A DNA stretch of 49,337 nucleotides from Octopus bimaculoides (taxonomy: Eukaryota), in NCBI RefSeq assembly GCF_001194135.2, contig NC_068990.1:80072303-80121639 (forward strand), written 5' to 3'. Below, piece by piece: positions 36,231 to 49,337 of the stretch. A model generated the notes under the pieces. That model worked only from the letters and a program-made list of their open reading frames with translations, did not search any database and was not told the origin of the DNA. The position numbers and the translations under genes are program-made. Numbering within the stretch: position 1 is the first letter of the stretch; each line of letters opens with the position of its first letter.

Positions 36231-37844
36231 TACAATACTGTAAACTTCGTTATATAAAGAAGTGTCAATCTTCTGTTAAAAAAATAAGATAGCTGGAAGG
36301 ATAAAAATATAAGAAATAAAATAAGAAATAATTAAACAAAAAGAATAAAGTATAAAGAAGGCGAAAAAAGAAAGGTAAAGATAGACAAGGAGAAGTCTAT
36401 CTATTGCATCGTTATATATATGTTTGACGTAATGGACTAAAAAATAGATTGTTTGAAAAAGAGAAGAGGCAGTTTTACTAGAGCAGTGAAACATTGAGAT
36501 GAAATAAGGAAGAGACTGAGAGAAAAGTAAAGGAAGCGAAAATATTTAGATGGAGATGCTGATAGAATGAACGGTTTTCAAGAACACTAATAATGGAGTG
36601 AAGATGGTTAGAAGTAAAAGGGGAGAAATACTTGTACTAATATCTTGGTATAAGAATGGCGAAGATAAGCATAGAGAAATTAGATGATAAAGCTGAATAT
36701 AATAGGAATGATTAGTGGATGGGAAACCGAACAGAAAGGTAATAAAGTGGGCGGGCACAAGTAGCAGACAGGTGCGTTAAATTTGAACTGTGTTCGGTGT
36801 ACTTGCCAATGCGAGCGAATAATGGTATAATGCTATGTAGATATGTCATGTATGATATATTTTAGAATATCTGGTTGATAAATGAAAGGATGAACGAGCT
36901 AAGGTATTATATTTTGGAAATAACGTATGGGTCGAAATTGGATCGCAAAATTCAAATGAGGCAAAATGAATAACATACGTTTGTTCACTCATGTTTATCA
37001 TCGTATACATCAGGGGTTTTGGAATTTGAATTGGATATGCTGGCATCTCNNNNNNNNNNTCTCTCTCTCATACACATACACACATGAATTATAGACATTT
37101 AGTCAGTGGTCTAGGGTTCTGAATGACTTTATAGCTGGAGTAAGAAAAAGCAAAGTTAATTTAACAAGTAATAACTCCATCTAGAAATAATGAAAATGAA
37201 TGAAATGTTTCAGAATTTTGTTGGCATTTCATAAGCAAATATCACGGCTTTAACATGATAAAGTTGGGTTTGCTTCCAGTTGCTGAGTTTGGAAAAAAAG
37301 TAGTGCTTATGACCATCGTATCCCCTCCAAATCGCAACATCAGTGACAAAAGTAGAAGGGACGAGAATTCTTGAGTGGAGGAATTACAAGAGTCGCCAAC
37401 TCCAGTGAATAATGTTAATCATTGTCGCGTCAGAGGAGAAAGCACAAATGTGGGCTAGAGTTGTGCCGTATGTATTTAACTGTTTCACATCTATCCATTC
37501 TACGCTCAAAGCTTCTTTAAAATTAGAAATTAATGAAATTTTCTATGATTTTACTCTCAATATCGTTTTAAGCAGTTCTTTTTTGTGTTCTAATGGGATA
37601 AGATCGTTGATTTGAGCAACGGCAACCTTCTCCTGAAATCTGATTCCGTCAGGTCTTTCCAAGCTTGTGTTACCGTGCGTGTATTCTATGGGTCCACATT
37701 TTTTTGAAAGGGATGATATTTTTCTCGATTATTGCATTAGACTAACCTTTTGAAATATTTCACTAAGTAATCTTTAACAAATATAAGCACTAATTTGTGT
37801 TTCACTCGAACGACTCCACATGCATTAACACAAACTCCATAATT

Positions 37845-38267
37845 CTTTTCTACTCTAGGCACAAAGCCCGAAATTTTGGGGAAGGGCCCAGTCGATTAGT
37901 TCGACCCCAGTACGCAACTGGTACTTAATTTATCGACCTCCGAAAAGATGAGAGGCAAAGTCGACCTCGGCGGAATTTGAACTCAGAACGTAAAGACAGA
38001 CGAAATACCGCTAAGCATTTCGCCCGGCGTGCTAACGTTTCTTATTTTTTTATTGCCCACAAGGGGCTAATCATAGAGGGGACAAACAAGGACAGGCAAA
38101 GGGATTAAGACGATTACATCGACGCCAGTGCGTAACTGGTACTTAATTTATCGACCCAGAAAGGATGAAAGGCAAAATCGACCTCGGCAGAATTTGAACT
38201 CAGAACGTAAAGACAGACGAAAAGCATTTCACCCGGCGTGCTAACGATTCTGCCAGCTCGCCGCCTT
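37845..38267 (-). mobile_element. full-length dimeric SINE family A with 17-bp target-site duplication
   Basis: Head AAGGCGGCGAGCTGGCAGAATCG with B-box GTTCAAATT. Flanks ACACAAACTCCATAATT (37828-37844) and ACACGAACTCCATAATT (38268-38284) match at 16/17. Confidence 0.95.
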
Positions 38268-38399
38268 ACACGAACTCCATAATTAAGTATTTCATGTAAA
38301 CATTCCAGTTCTCATGTTTCAGATTTCTTGCATGAAATATATTTTCTTTAAAATGAAAATCAGTTGACTTCGTTTTCGTTAGGCTATGTTACTGATGGC

Positions 38400-39130
38400 C
38401 TTATCGTAGTACCCTAACCATTGCAAGCATTCCATATCCAATTCCCAGCCCTCCGTCTCTTACGCCTCTGCAGCAGTAGCTACGACTTCGATACGCAGGC
38501 TCAGTACACGACCCGCTTTTTATTCGACGTGGTTACCAATCTACGCTCATTTAATCTGCTCTTTCTGCGTCGTACCTTGACATACCATACCCCTTATACT
38601 CCTCGTCCAGAATTCCAGCCATTCTATTCCCTTTCTCTTTATCTACCGCTATACCACCCGGCTCCACCAAGGCATCACCTTCTGCCTCTTCCACCGCTTA
38701 CACTATGACCCTGCCACATCTCGCTTCTTTTCTCTCCCAGCTATTCGATCCTGTAAGCTCGCTGTCAACTTTTGAAGGATCGATGTCCATAGCTCCTCGT
38801 TCCCTGAACCCAATTCCTCCCTCAAGATTGTTTTGTTGCTCCCGTTTCTCGGGCCACTCATGCCCTTTCCTTCCTATGCCACCACACATGGCTTACTCAA
38901 CCACCACATATTCCTCATTCAGGCTCCTTTCCTTGCATCTTCTAGTAACCTGATGCATGTGATCCAATGATTCTCGTGATTTGTCTATATCAGGTAAACT
39001 GGCCGCTATCTCGTTGATAGGTTCACGAAGCACGACAGAGATATCGAACATGGTAACATCTCTCCTTTATCGAAACTAACATACATTTCGGTTTGAATTC
39101 CCCTCCTCAATTCTTATAATTTTCTTTCTT
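38400..39130 (+). mobile_element. Penelope-like retroelement relic, Neptune-type (RT thumb, Cys linker, GIY-YIG)
   Basis: YPNHCKHSISNSQ/LRLLRLCSSSYDF...RGYQS, FHRLHYDPATSRFF..PAIRSCK..VNF, FCCSRFSGHSCPF, SSNLMHVIQ*FS*FVYIR*TGRYLVDRFTKH. A pyrimidine-rich 3' region continues to about 39430. Confidence 0.82.
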
Positions 39131-39470
39131 CTCACTTTTTTCTTCCTACCTCTCTACGCCATTTCACTTTGTCTTCCTATTTCCCCCTTGTCCCACGTCA
39201 CTCCTATACACTCCACTTACACGTACACTCTCCCACCGCCGACATCTACCCTCAATCTCCACCCACGCATAGGACTTCAGTACACGCACACCGCCTCTTC
39301 ATACACACGACCCTCTCTGCCACACCTCTTCCACAACCCCAGCCTCCGCCTCATTTGTTACACCATTCAGACAGACCAGACAATCTAATGAGTGACTTTA
39401 TGCGGACGCTTCTACCTCCTAGGAATGTTAACCAAAACTCCTTCCCATGACTTATTGTTTCACAATGATA

Positions 39471-39620
<150 letters not shown>

Positions 39621-40239
39621 CAGACTTACTGATTTTTTGATAACATACAAACGTGTATTTGTCAGCGGTATATGGGATAACAATTTTGCAGGTCTGCAAT
39701 GTTTGTGCATAGAACGCGTACTGTGAAGTATTGAAAATCATTTTCATTTACATGGTATGAAGCTCCTCAGATGCACTAATTTTTACATGTCAAAACGAAA
39801 ACACAAATGCGTAAAACCTCAAAACAACAAACCGAAGTAGTGAATGCTTCACTCGAAGCTATAAGGGGAGACAAATCTATTCAGACTGATGGAATTGACA
39901 TGAAATAAGTAATTATACATGAAAATATATACGATCCGATAAACATCCACCCGACAGATATAGAAACCAGAAGTAATATGTATTTATATAAACTGTTCCT
40001 GCCAAACAAACACAATCGTGCTCAAATCTATACAGATACAGTTGTATAACATATATATATTTACAAAGAGCATTAACGCACACATAACACGCTCACAAAA
40101 TTACGTAGAAGCCAAAACACGATACTGAATTCTTCAATACAAAATCTCTATAACATGGCTTCAGACTGTCACAGCGAATTACATGAAGCCATACAAACAG
40201 AAAGAAACAAATACACCCGTATTTCCGTAAACACGCACA

Positions 40240-40491
<252 letters not shown>

Positions 40492-41478
40492 ATTACTGAC
40501 TTACATATACACACAAACATGCGTTCATGCATAAATGCATACATGCGTAAATACATTCATTCATACACACATACAGGCAGACATATACACCACTTTACTA
40601 TAATTGTTTATTTCTTGATTTGTGAAAGAATTTTTGGTTTGCTTCGGCCTTGGTATTTAAGTGCTTGAAACTTAAGAATACAACATTCCATTTGTTAAAG
40701 AAACCATATAACAACGTAAAAACGTAACATAGTAATAACAACTAGAATATTTTCTTACGCAGCAGCACGAATAAAGAAACCAACAGTAATAAAATCAGTT
40801 ACGTTCGCCTCACCAACTCCAAATATAAAGCAACATTTATATAACTACCCGCCTCCAAAAAAAGACAAGAACAAAAACAGAAACAAAAATGTCATTTATT
40901 TATTTATTTAAGCTCGGCGGGAAGTTAATTGCACGTTTGTGTAAAAGGGTTTTGGATCTCATACACAGCTTGTATCATATTTGGTTATTTTCAGATTCAT
41001 GTTCGTTACAGTTAAAGTTTCTGTGAATAATGTGGAACGCCTTCTTGAACATCTGGATCAATTAGTCAAAAATTTATAAAGCCAGCTAAAAGGTAACAAG
41101 AAGATAGAAGGAATGAAGAAAACACCATCGAAGACAATTACATACAGATAGATATGAATACATGGAACCTCAAACACATAAGTACTTTGAAACGTGTCAA
41201 CATGAAAACAGACGTAAAAGTTTGGAATTCTGAAATATAAAATACATGTGTGTGTGTGTCTTTGTCTGTCTGTGTATAAATAAATGTAAGATACAATGAT
41301 CGAGGTGTAGGAAAGTTTGCTTCAAGGAAACCGTACAAGAAAAATACTTTCAGGAACAATGGTGTTTATTGAGGCAGAAGGTTGTGGATTTGCTGGCTTC
41401 AGATAGAACACCAAACCTGATGGAAATTACTAGAAATGCGATATTGACATAAATGCTACAAGTAGCCTTCTTATAATA

Positions 41479-41798
41479 TCCGACAAAAATATTCGCTATG
41501 AATAAAGATTTTCCCTTATTCTCGTATATTGTTCTTTAAAAATGAGAAATAACTTGCAGTCTGAATTCCTTATTCCATGTAGCTGGGACAATTTGGTAAT
41601 GTACATTCCGGGGAAAATGTTGACAGTTGTGAGGATGAGCAGCGATTGATTATATCGCTGGTAATCTCCGATTCGTCTCAGCGAAATAACCTGAGAAAGG
41701 AATTCAAAATCCGAGATATATTTTTTTTATTTATAAAGAATATCGTTCGAGAATAACGGAATAACATTACTCATAGCGAAATTGTTTTTGTCAGGCAG
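41479..41798. mobile_element. MITE-like element with about 100-bp imperfect inverted arms
   Basis: 41479-41575 is the approximate reverse complement of 41695-41798; no coding capacity. Confidence 0.6.
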
Positions 41799-43742
41799 TA
41801 CCAGAAATAACTCACGCTAGCGTTTATTTCTACATCGTATTTCTGCTAACGCATATATGTGTACGTAGGGGTGCCTTTGTCTTTGTGTGGCATATTGTTT
41901 TTGTTGTTGCAAATAACTAAAGCAGACATATATTCGTAAGTTAACTGCCAATTGATCCTTTGGTTTTTCCATTTTCTCAATAAATCTTGTGTGTTTGGCA
42001 TCAGAACAGACAAAAATGAAACAATCAATTGATCCAGCTTATCTTTACAGTTGTCATCGAAATATTGATATCAAATATAATCTTAATAAGAATTTTCCAA
42101 CCATTACAATAAACAACAACACACACACACGCACCCACACATACACACACATACACAAGTACAATGCCATCCAACTAAATAAAACGATAAATATATATTG
42201 CTGTCGACAGATTGTTAATAACATAGAGAAGGAACCACTTGTATTCTCTTTTTGGTCTTTTTTTTTTGATATTTTTTTGTATTAAATGTAGAAATTATTG
42301 AATCACAATATTTCGGCATTTATATCTTTCAGTGATAAACATCTTCATTTAACAACCTCATACATAAAGCATTTAATGAAGGGAATCATGACTCGTAGTT
42401 ACATATACACACCCCCCCCCCCNNNNNNNNNNACAAAGCAACACAGACAATGTCACACACACAAATGTATGAACATAGACTACCATATAAGACACACATG
42501 CAAACACACACACACACACACACGCACACATACACACACGCACACACACACTGACATAAATACACTCGCATGTACATATATATATATATATGAGAAGATA
42601 TACTTATATGTATATGTGTAATTATCTTTACTCTATTTATACATATACGTATATGCACGTGAATGTATGTATGTATGTATGTATGTATGTATGTATGTAC
42701 ATACAAACATACATATATACATTCAAGTAAACATCTATGAATGCTAATATACAGAGACACATGTATATGTGCGTTTGTGTGTATTTATGTGTTTATACAT
42801 ACATATACTGATACGTATATACAGACCAACAGACAGGTTTATATACACATGTATGTGTATAACATTAATCTGTGTGATTTGTGTATGTGTGTGTTTAATT
42901 ATGTATATACTTTACGTCATTCCGCTGCAGTGATGTCTGAATAAATTGATGTTTGTATGGAATCTGGAATTGAAATCAATGCTTTATATCATGATCGCAG
43001 TGATAATTGGAAAATCGAAAAGATCTGTCCGGACATTTTATTTTTCCACTTACATTTTGAAATGATCTATTGGAATATTTGCAGTTTTGTTGGAGAGGTA
43101 GGTTTTTGTATAAATATTAATGGAATATCTCCATATCTAGCTACAGACAAATCGAATTAAAATGAAATCTCGAATGAAGTAATGCTTAAGTCCGCATACA
43201 TTCAGTTATGAGAAGTCGCAACGTCTGATCTCAACAGTATCTAATCTTTGCTGCTTTTCATCCTATGGTAATGCACATTTTAACATTGATAGTAGCAGCC
43301 ATTGGTCAGAAAGTATCTCAATTGAGAAAAAATGATGGGATACGGAAATTTCACTGTATCCAAACAAAATACCATGTCACTTTAGTAAAATGGTAGGTAT
43401 GGTGAACCAATCATAAAGATGTTAATTTGTAGTACTTGCAGTTTTCATAACATTCAGGTCTGTATCTTAGAATCGACGAATTCTTCAAGTTAAATTTGAT
43501 GTTCTTTATACTGTCTCACTATCCTCATCTGCTTACAAAGGTTTAACAATGCCCTTCATATCTAATTTCATTTTTTATTTCTGTTCATTTTAGACTCTTA
43601 ATCATAATTAAATTTTTTTATTTTTCATTTTTAAACATAATGCATTATATATTTAACCTGTAACTCTTTTACCTTCAGTATCCTTCATAGGGCCGTTATA
43701 TATGTGTCATTAGCGAAGGATTAATTTTCAATCTATGCATCT

Positions 43743-43773
<31 letters not shown>

Positions 43774-44312
43774 TTCATTGTTTCTATATTTGGTTTTTCT
43801 ACATTTTCACTCTTTTCTCTCTTTTATATATCTTCAATTCACTTAAGCCATATTCTTTGAAAACTAACATAGGTTATAAACGTGTTGACCACTTTCCAAT
43901 TACCTTCTAAATTCTTAGTTTCTGCTTTAATTCTTTAGAGCACATCCACTCCTAATAGATTGCCCCACTTTTTCACTTTTCTCCATCTCTTTTCCCCTGC
44001 TTACACACTCTAAGGTCACAGAATGGATCTGCTAGCTAGCTAGCAGGTGGCTTATGCCATTCTTCTACAAAGCACACTACATCGCCCACGATACACATCT
44101 CTAATATCCTCATTATTATTTTTATTCCTTGACAATGGTCAGGGTTACCAATTTATTCATATTTTTCGCTTTTGTCTACATAAGGTTGACGCTGGTAAAT
44201 GCTGTCTAGTGGCCAAATAAATTTCCTCCCATTGAACGAAATTTGATAAATCATTTGTCCAGATAAAGGGATTTGCTATATATTGCCCTTCCTAATTTAA
44301 TAAGGTCCTCAG

Positions 44313-44377
44313 CTTCTTCTTCTTCTTCTTCTTCTTCTTCTTCTTCTTCTTCTTCTTCTTCTTCTTCTTCTTCTTCT
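44313..44377. repeat. (CTT)n microsatellite
   Basis: Direct reading. Confidence 0.95.
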
Positions 44378-45268
44378 TTCCTCCCCACATTATCCCTATT
44401 CTAACCACTCATGCCCTAACCGTGATTTTATTTACATTTTGTTTCCTCCCTATATAAGCCATAAACGTTATGTCTGTGTGTGTGTGTATTCAATACTAAA
44501 TATAAAACTTACAATATGCAAATGTGTGTACACATATACCTTAACATATTTATATACATATATATTCTTTTCTACTCTAGGCTCAAGGCCCAATATATAT
44601 AAAATATATGTACACACACACAAACACACTTACACATACACACACATATATATATGTATACAGACTTATTTACATATTGTATGTTTTATGCATAGAATTG
44701 AATATAAACATACACACCTACATGCATATATATATACGTATATGCATATCAGTGTTTGTTTGTATGTGTGTGTGAGTATGTGTGTTTGCGTGCGTGTGTA
44801 CGCGTGTGTGTGCATGTAAGTATGGTGTACTGAATTAGCCAATATTTCTCCATAGCATTGATGTCGTCCTGCACTGCTATTTGTGATTCTGTATTCTTTC
44901 CTCTCTCATTGTGAATAAGCATATATGAAACGTATGCCTAGGTTATTTGAGTGTGTTTCTGGTTAAAAATTCCACGTCACTCTTTCTTATGCAAATGAGT
45001 ATATGTCGACATTTGAAATATACTTTTAAAACAATGTCACTGCTATTCTTTTACTTCATCTTTATCAATCTTTTCATGTATTTCAACGGCTTTTGCATAA
45101 TTTTATGCTGTTTAATGCAAGTCTGCAAAGGTGTGTGTGTGTGTGTGTTGTTTGAGTGCATATATGTGATTCCTTGTCTGCATACTCCAGTGAGATTGCA
45201 TATTATAAAATTCAATGTGATTGAAGCAATGCTCTTTGCTTACTTACTAAATAAATTTGTGCTTGTGA

Positions 45269-45299
<31 letters not shown>

Positions 45300-45408
45300 C
45301 TTTTGTTTGGCTATCTGATTATATGTTTAAAATGTACGTGTGACGGAAATGTGTTATTTGTGAATTAGTGGTGGGTAGTGTTTTACATTTATCTGTTCAA
45401 TAAGTGAA

Positions 45409-45459
<51 letters not shown>

Positions 45460-45522
45460 TTATACTTCATAATTCAAATTTTAGGGTACGTGTGTTTATC
45501 TACATTTTCTTATGTTATATGT

Positions 45523-45638
<116 letters not shown>

Positions 45639-46542
45639 GCTCGTTTATATTTGATTGGGTTATTATTTTCGCATATGACATATGTATTGCATACATAAGT
45701 CTACGTGTGTATCTAACATTCAGATATTGCCTGTGTCTTCTCTGGAGTTTATTTGCTAATGTTGTATAAATTTATACGCCAATGATTCTATACTTTCTTC
45801 AGAGTAACATCCGTTCGTCACATTCACACTTGTTTTCTAACATTGAATATTAAACTTCAGTCACCCATTAAGACGCCTGAAAATTTCCGACATACATTTC
45901 GCCTCTTATTTTAGGTTTGAAACACAACAGAACCAAATGCTAGACCTGACGCCACATAATGCGGTCACGCTATTTCTCACATTCCTTTCACAATCCTGTC
46001 ATTCGCCTTCATAGCTGCTCTCTTATTTTTTTCTTATCCTATCTTCTCGTTTCATCCTTCGTTCATTTCCCTTTACATTCCTTTACATTCCTTCAAAGTA
46101 TTTCACCGCCATCTTTGAAGTAATATTCACAGTCAATGTTTAACCTATATTGTTATTCAGATATTACGCCATATTGAGACACACGTACACAATCATAGAT
46201 ACATATTACGTACATACATAGACCTGGAGTAATATATTTTCAAAGAACAAAAACATGCATTAAATGCTATATAATATTAGATCTAAATTATACTCATATT
46301 TAACGTTGCGGTGCGCTCACGTACATATATATATATTCATATGTACACGCGTACTTGGAAGACAGAAATTATACAGAATATCGTCTCATGCGCATGTACA
46401 TAGATCTATGTGTGTGTCTGTGTATGTGTGTTTGTGTGTGTTGAATGATGCATATATAATAAATATAAATCTGTTTTTCTATCTATCTATCTATCTAGCT
46501 AGCTATTTCTTTCTTTCTCTCTCTCACTTTCTCTCCCTCTCT

Positions 46543-46998
<456 letters not shown>

Positions 46999-47175
46999 GT
47001 TCTCAAGATTCCCCAAGCAATAATGTGAGCGGTTCCTAGACTATAGAGACTCCAGAGATTAATCGTTAACCGCCTAGTTTACTATTATTAAACGGCAGTT
47101 ATGAGTTGAGATTATATAGTTACTTAATAACAGCCGGCTAAAGAGAACGATTAAATAATTACTACGCTTTAAAAA

Positions 47176-47279
47176 AAAGAATAAGACCTGGGGTCGATTT
47201 CTTCGACTAAAACCATTTAAAGCGGTGCTCCAGAATGGCCACTGTCAAATGATTGAAACAAGTAAAACAAAATAAAAGA
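47176..47279 (+). mobile_element. SINE family B 3' tail
   Basis: aagaataagacctggggtcgattt..gcggtgctccagaatggcc..gtcaaatgattgaaacaagtaaaa is the reverse complement of the 13940-14030 tail. Confidence 0.85.
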
Positions 47280-47288
47280 CTATATATT

Positions 47289-47429
47289 TAGGCACAGGAG
47301 TGGCTGTGTGGTAAGTAGTTTGCTGGCAGAAACGTTAGCACGCCGGGCGAAATGCTTAGCGGTATTACGTCTGCCGTTTCGTTCTGAGTTCAAATTCCGC
47401 CGAGGTCGACTTTGCCTTTCATCCTTTCG
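47289..47429 (+). mobile_element. chimeric SINE: family B 5' end fused to family A body
   Basis: taggcacaggagtggctgtgtggtaagtagtttgct|ggcagaaacgttagcacgccgggcgaaatg... Confidence 0.85.
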
Positions 47430-47722
47430 TCATTGTAGCAGCAAATAATATGAACTGAAGTGGCTAAATAAACAATACTGCATTTCAATACAAAGGGGGT
47501 GGGGTGACAGCTAGTTTTCTGCTTAACAACAAAGAACTGATGTCGCTTAGAAACCAATAACACCACGTTATTGGTTGAGCAGTAGAGGCGTAACATCTAG
47601 AAGTCATCTTGAAATTGTCTCATTTCTTGTTACTTGATCTTCAGATGCCTGATGAGCCAGGTTCGTTCTACGAGTCAATGAGACATGAAGTTGCATGGAA
47701 ACAAGTCAAACCATTATTAAAT

Positions 47723-47841
47723 AATTCTTTCTACTACAGGCACAAACCTGAAGGCTTTGGGGAGGCAGTTCGTCGATTACTGGTATTTGTTTAGTCAACC
47801 TCGTAGGACGAAAGGCAAAGTCAACCTCAGCAGAATTTGAA
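47723..47841 (-). mobile_element. degenerate SINE family A
   Basis: aattctttctactacaggcacaa...aaaggcaaagtcaacctcagcagaatttgaa. Confidence 0.8.
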
Positions 47842-49199
47842 ATGCCTTTTATCTGGCCTGCATAATGCATACTGTTTTCTACAACTGCCAGATGTCTCCA
47901 TGAAATGCGAGAATCGTTAATGTAGCTGTAATGGGTATGAAGTATACACAGTAGTGATTATAATTTCTTAGAAATGTTATGGTGATACGATTATATCTAA
48001 ACTAACAAAAGCTACTAGTGAAAAATTCTTCTAATTAAGTAACTATATAATCTCAATTGATAACTGTCATTTGATAATGGTAAACTAGACGGCTAAAGAT
48101 TAATCTCTGTAGTTTCTACAGTCTAGGTACTGCTCACATTATTGCTTGGAGAATCTTGATAACTTGACAAATTATATAGTATTAAACGATTCATCATGTT
48201 CAGTATTGTTGAAATACTGATTATGTTATTTGTTTATATGATTGTTCTCTCTTAAATCAAAGAACGTTCTTGACGATAAGGATGAGGGAGTCTACATGGA
48301 GGTTGTAGTGTAGCAAAACTGAAGGAGTTGTTAAGTTTAATGGTATGCGTAAAATTTGTATGAGTTGGTGTAATGTAGTAATAAATGTGAAAAGGTAGGG
48401 TTCCTCAGAGCCTCCTGTTGTAATATGTCTCAAATAAGAACAGCTAAAATGAAATAATATATATCTTTAGAGAATGCCGACTGAAATCTAGATGTCATTA
48501 AGATTAACTTCAGGGGTTTTCAGATATCTTAGGCACGTCGTCGTAAAATCGAAATGGTGCTACCTTGCATTAAATTGCTGTAACTTACGTCTGCAAAACT
48601 GAAGAGTTTTATGTTTATACACTCAGTTTGCTATTTAGCCTGGAAGCTAAATAGTAAAGTAATTTTGGCACGATTCTATGATATCTCTTTTTTCAACGAA
48701 AACTGGCAGTTATCCAATGTCTGGAGAATAAGTAAACTGGACATTTCCACTAAAAGTAAAGAAAGTGAGAAAGAACCTTTCGATATATCGAAAAAATAAA
48801 ATCGATGTGTTAAATGTAAAGCAACGTAAATGTATATAACACCTATATACTTTATGTATTTCATTTATCTATCACATACTATCCATAGTATCTATCACAT
48901 ACTATCCAGGGTAAGTTAAAAGTATGTCTATTTCTTGCATTATCTTATGTGTAATATAAGACGTTCTGAAATTAAAGGAGCTATTAATTGAAAAATGATA
49001 TAGCATACAAGCATTAATGATGCCATTCCAGTAATTAACTGCTTATGAGTAAAATAATTATATATTACATTATTTACTATCGAAATGTATCAGAGATGTG
49101 TATGACCATATTAACACACACAGTTAGTACCCCCCCCTTTCACAAAGACGGAAGAGATTATTTGATCTTTCTATCACCACCATATATGTATGTGCATGT

Positions 49200-49269
49200 T
49201 TCTATGTATGTGTGTATGTATGTATATGCATACATACATAATGCATACTTACAGACATACATATGTAAG

Positions 49270-49305
<36 letters not shown>

Positions 49306-49337
49306 TATATACCTATATATATATATATATATATATA
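49200..49337. repeat. (TATG)n/(TA)n microsatellite
   Basis: Direct reading. Confidence 0.9.

Noticed and set aside
36300-37050. Possible very old GIY-YIG PLE remnant on the minus strand
   Set aside because: Only scattered residues (YIA, TEH) across frames; not distinguishable from low-complexity noise.
31756-38284. Direct repeats and the 17-bp flanking duplication as a CRISPR-like array
   Set aside because: Eukaryotic context, only two copies each and no regular spacers; the 17-mer is a SINE target-site duplication.
39387-39420. ctaatgagtgactttatgcggacgcttc as a decayed hammerhead of the Neptune element
   Set aside because: The core is mutated, GAAA is missing and stem I does not pair.
40993-41077. 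ttttcag|A TTC ATG... FMFVTVKVSVNNVERLLEHLDQLVKNL* as a terminal exon
   Set aside because: Plausible acceptor, but short, unlinked and unrecognised.
44029-44046. Perfect 18-bp palindrome CTGCTAGCTAGCTAGCAG
   Set aside because: Explained by a self-complementary (CTAG)n micro-repeat.
47648-47708. CTGATGAG...GAAACAAGTC, hammerhead-like
   Set aside because: No stem II closing pair before GAAA and no stem I complementarity.
48589-48749. Minus-strand segment with a strong acceptor and GTAAGT donor
   Set aside because: Stops in all three frames; it could only be a UTR or lncRNA exon, which sequence alone cannot support.

Overview
AT-rich, repeat-dense eukaryotic (metazoan) DNA from a gapped short-read scaffold. 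Twelve N-gaps sit mostly against (TA)n/(CA)n tracts. The two tRNA-derived SINE families match those I recall from octopus genomes, so an octopod cephalopod is likely (recall, not a database hit). No prokaryotic genes, CRISPR, rRNA or bona fide tRNA genes are present, and most ORF-track entries are microsatellite or N-gap artefacts. Recognisable coding DNA is decayed transposons: an RTE LINE 3' end, three mariner relics, a maT/rosa-type deletion derivative, a hAT/Buster relic, and three structurally different Penelope-like retroelements (PLEs) within 10 kb. Best observations: (i) a minimal type I hammerhead ribozyme fold (35353-35394) downstream of one PLE; (ii) a tandemly duplicated TATA/Inr + short exon + intron + terminal exon unit (2.9-6.1 kb) that could encode a 27-aa Cys-rich micropeptide; (iii) two in-frame TGA codons at the CxxC positions of a Neptune-type PLE endonuclease; (iv) dimeric, chimeric and inverted SINE arrangements; (v) unverified candidate host exons. 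No host gene could be named.
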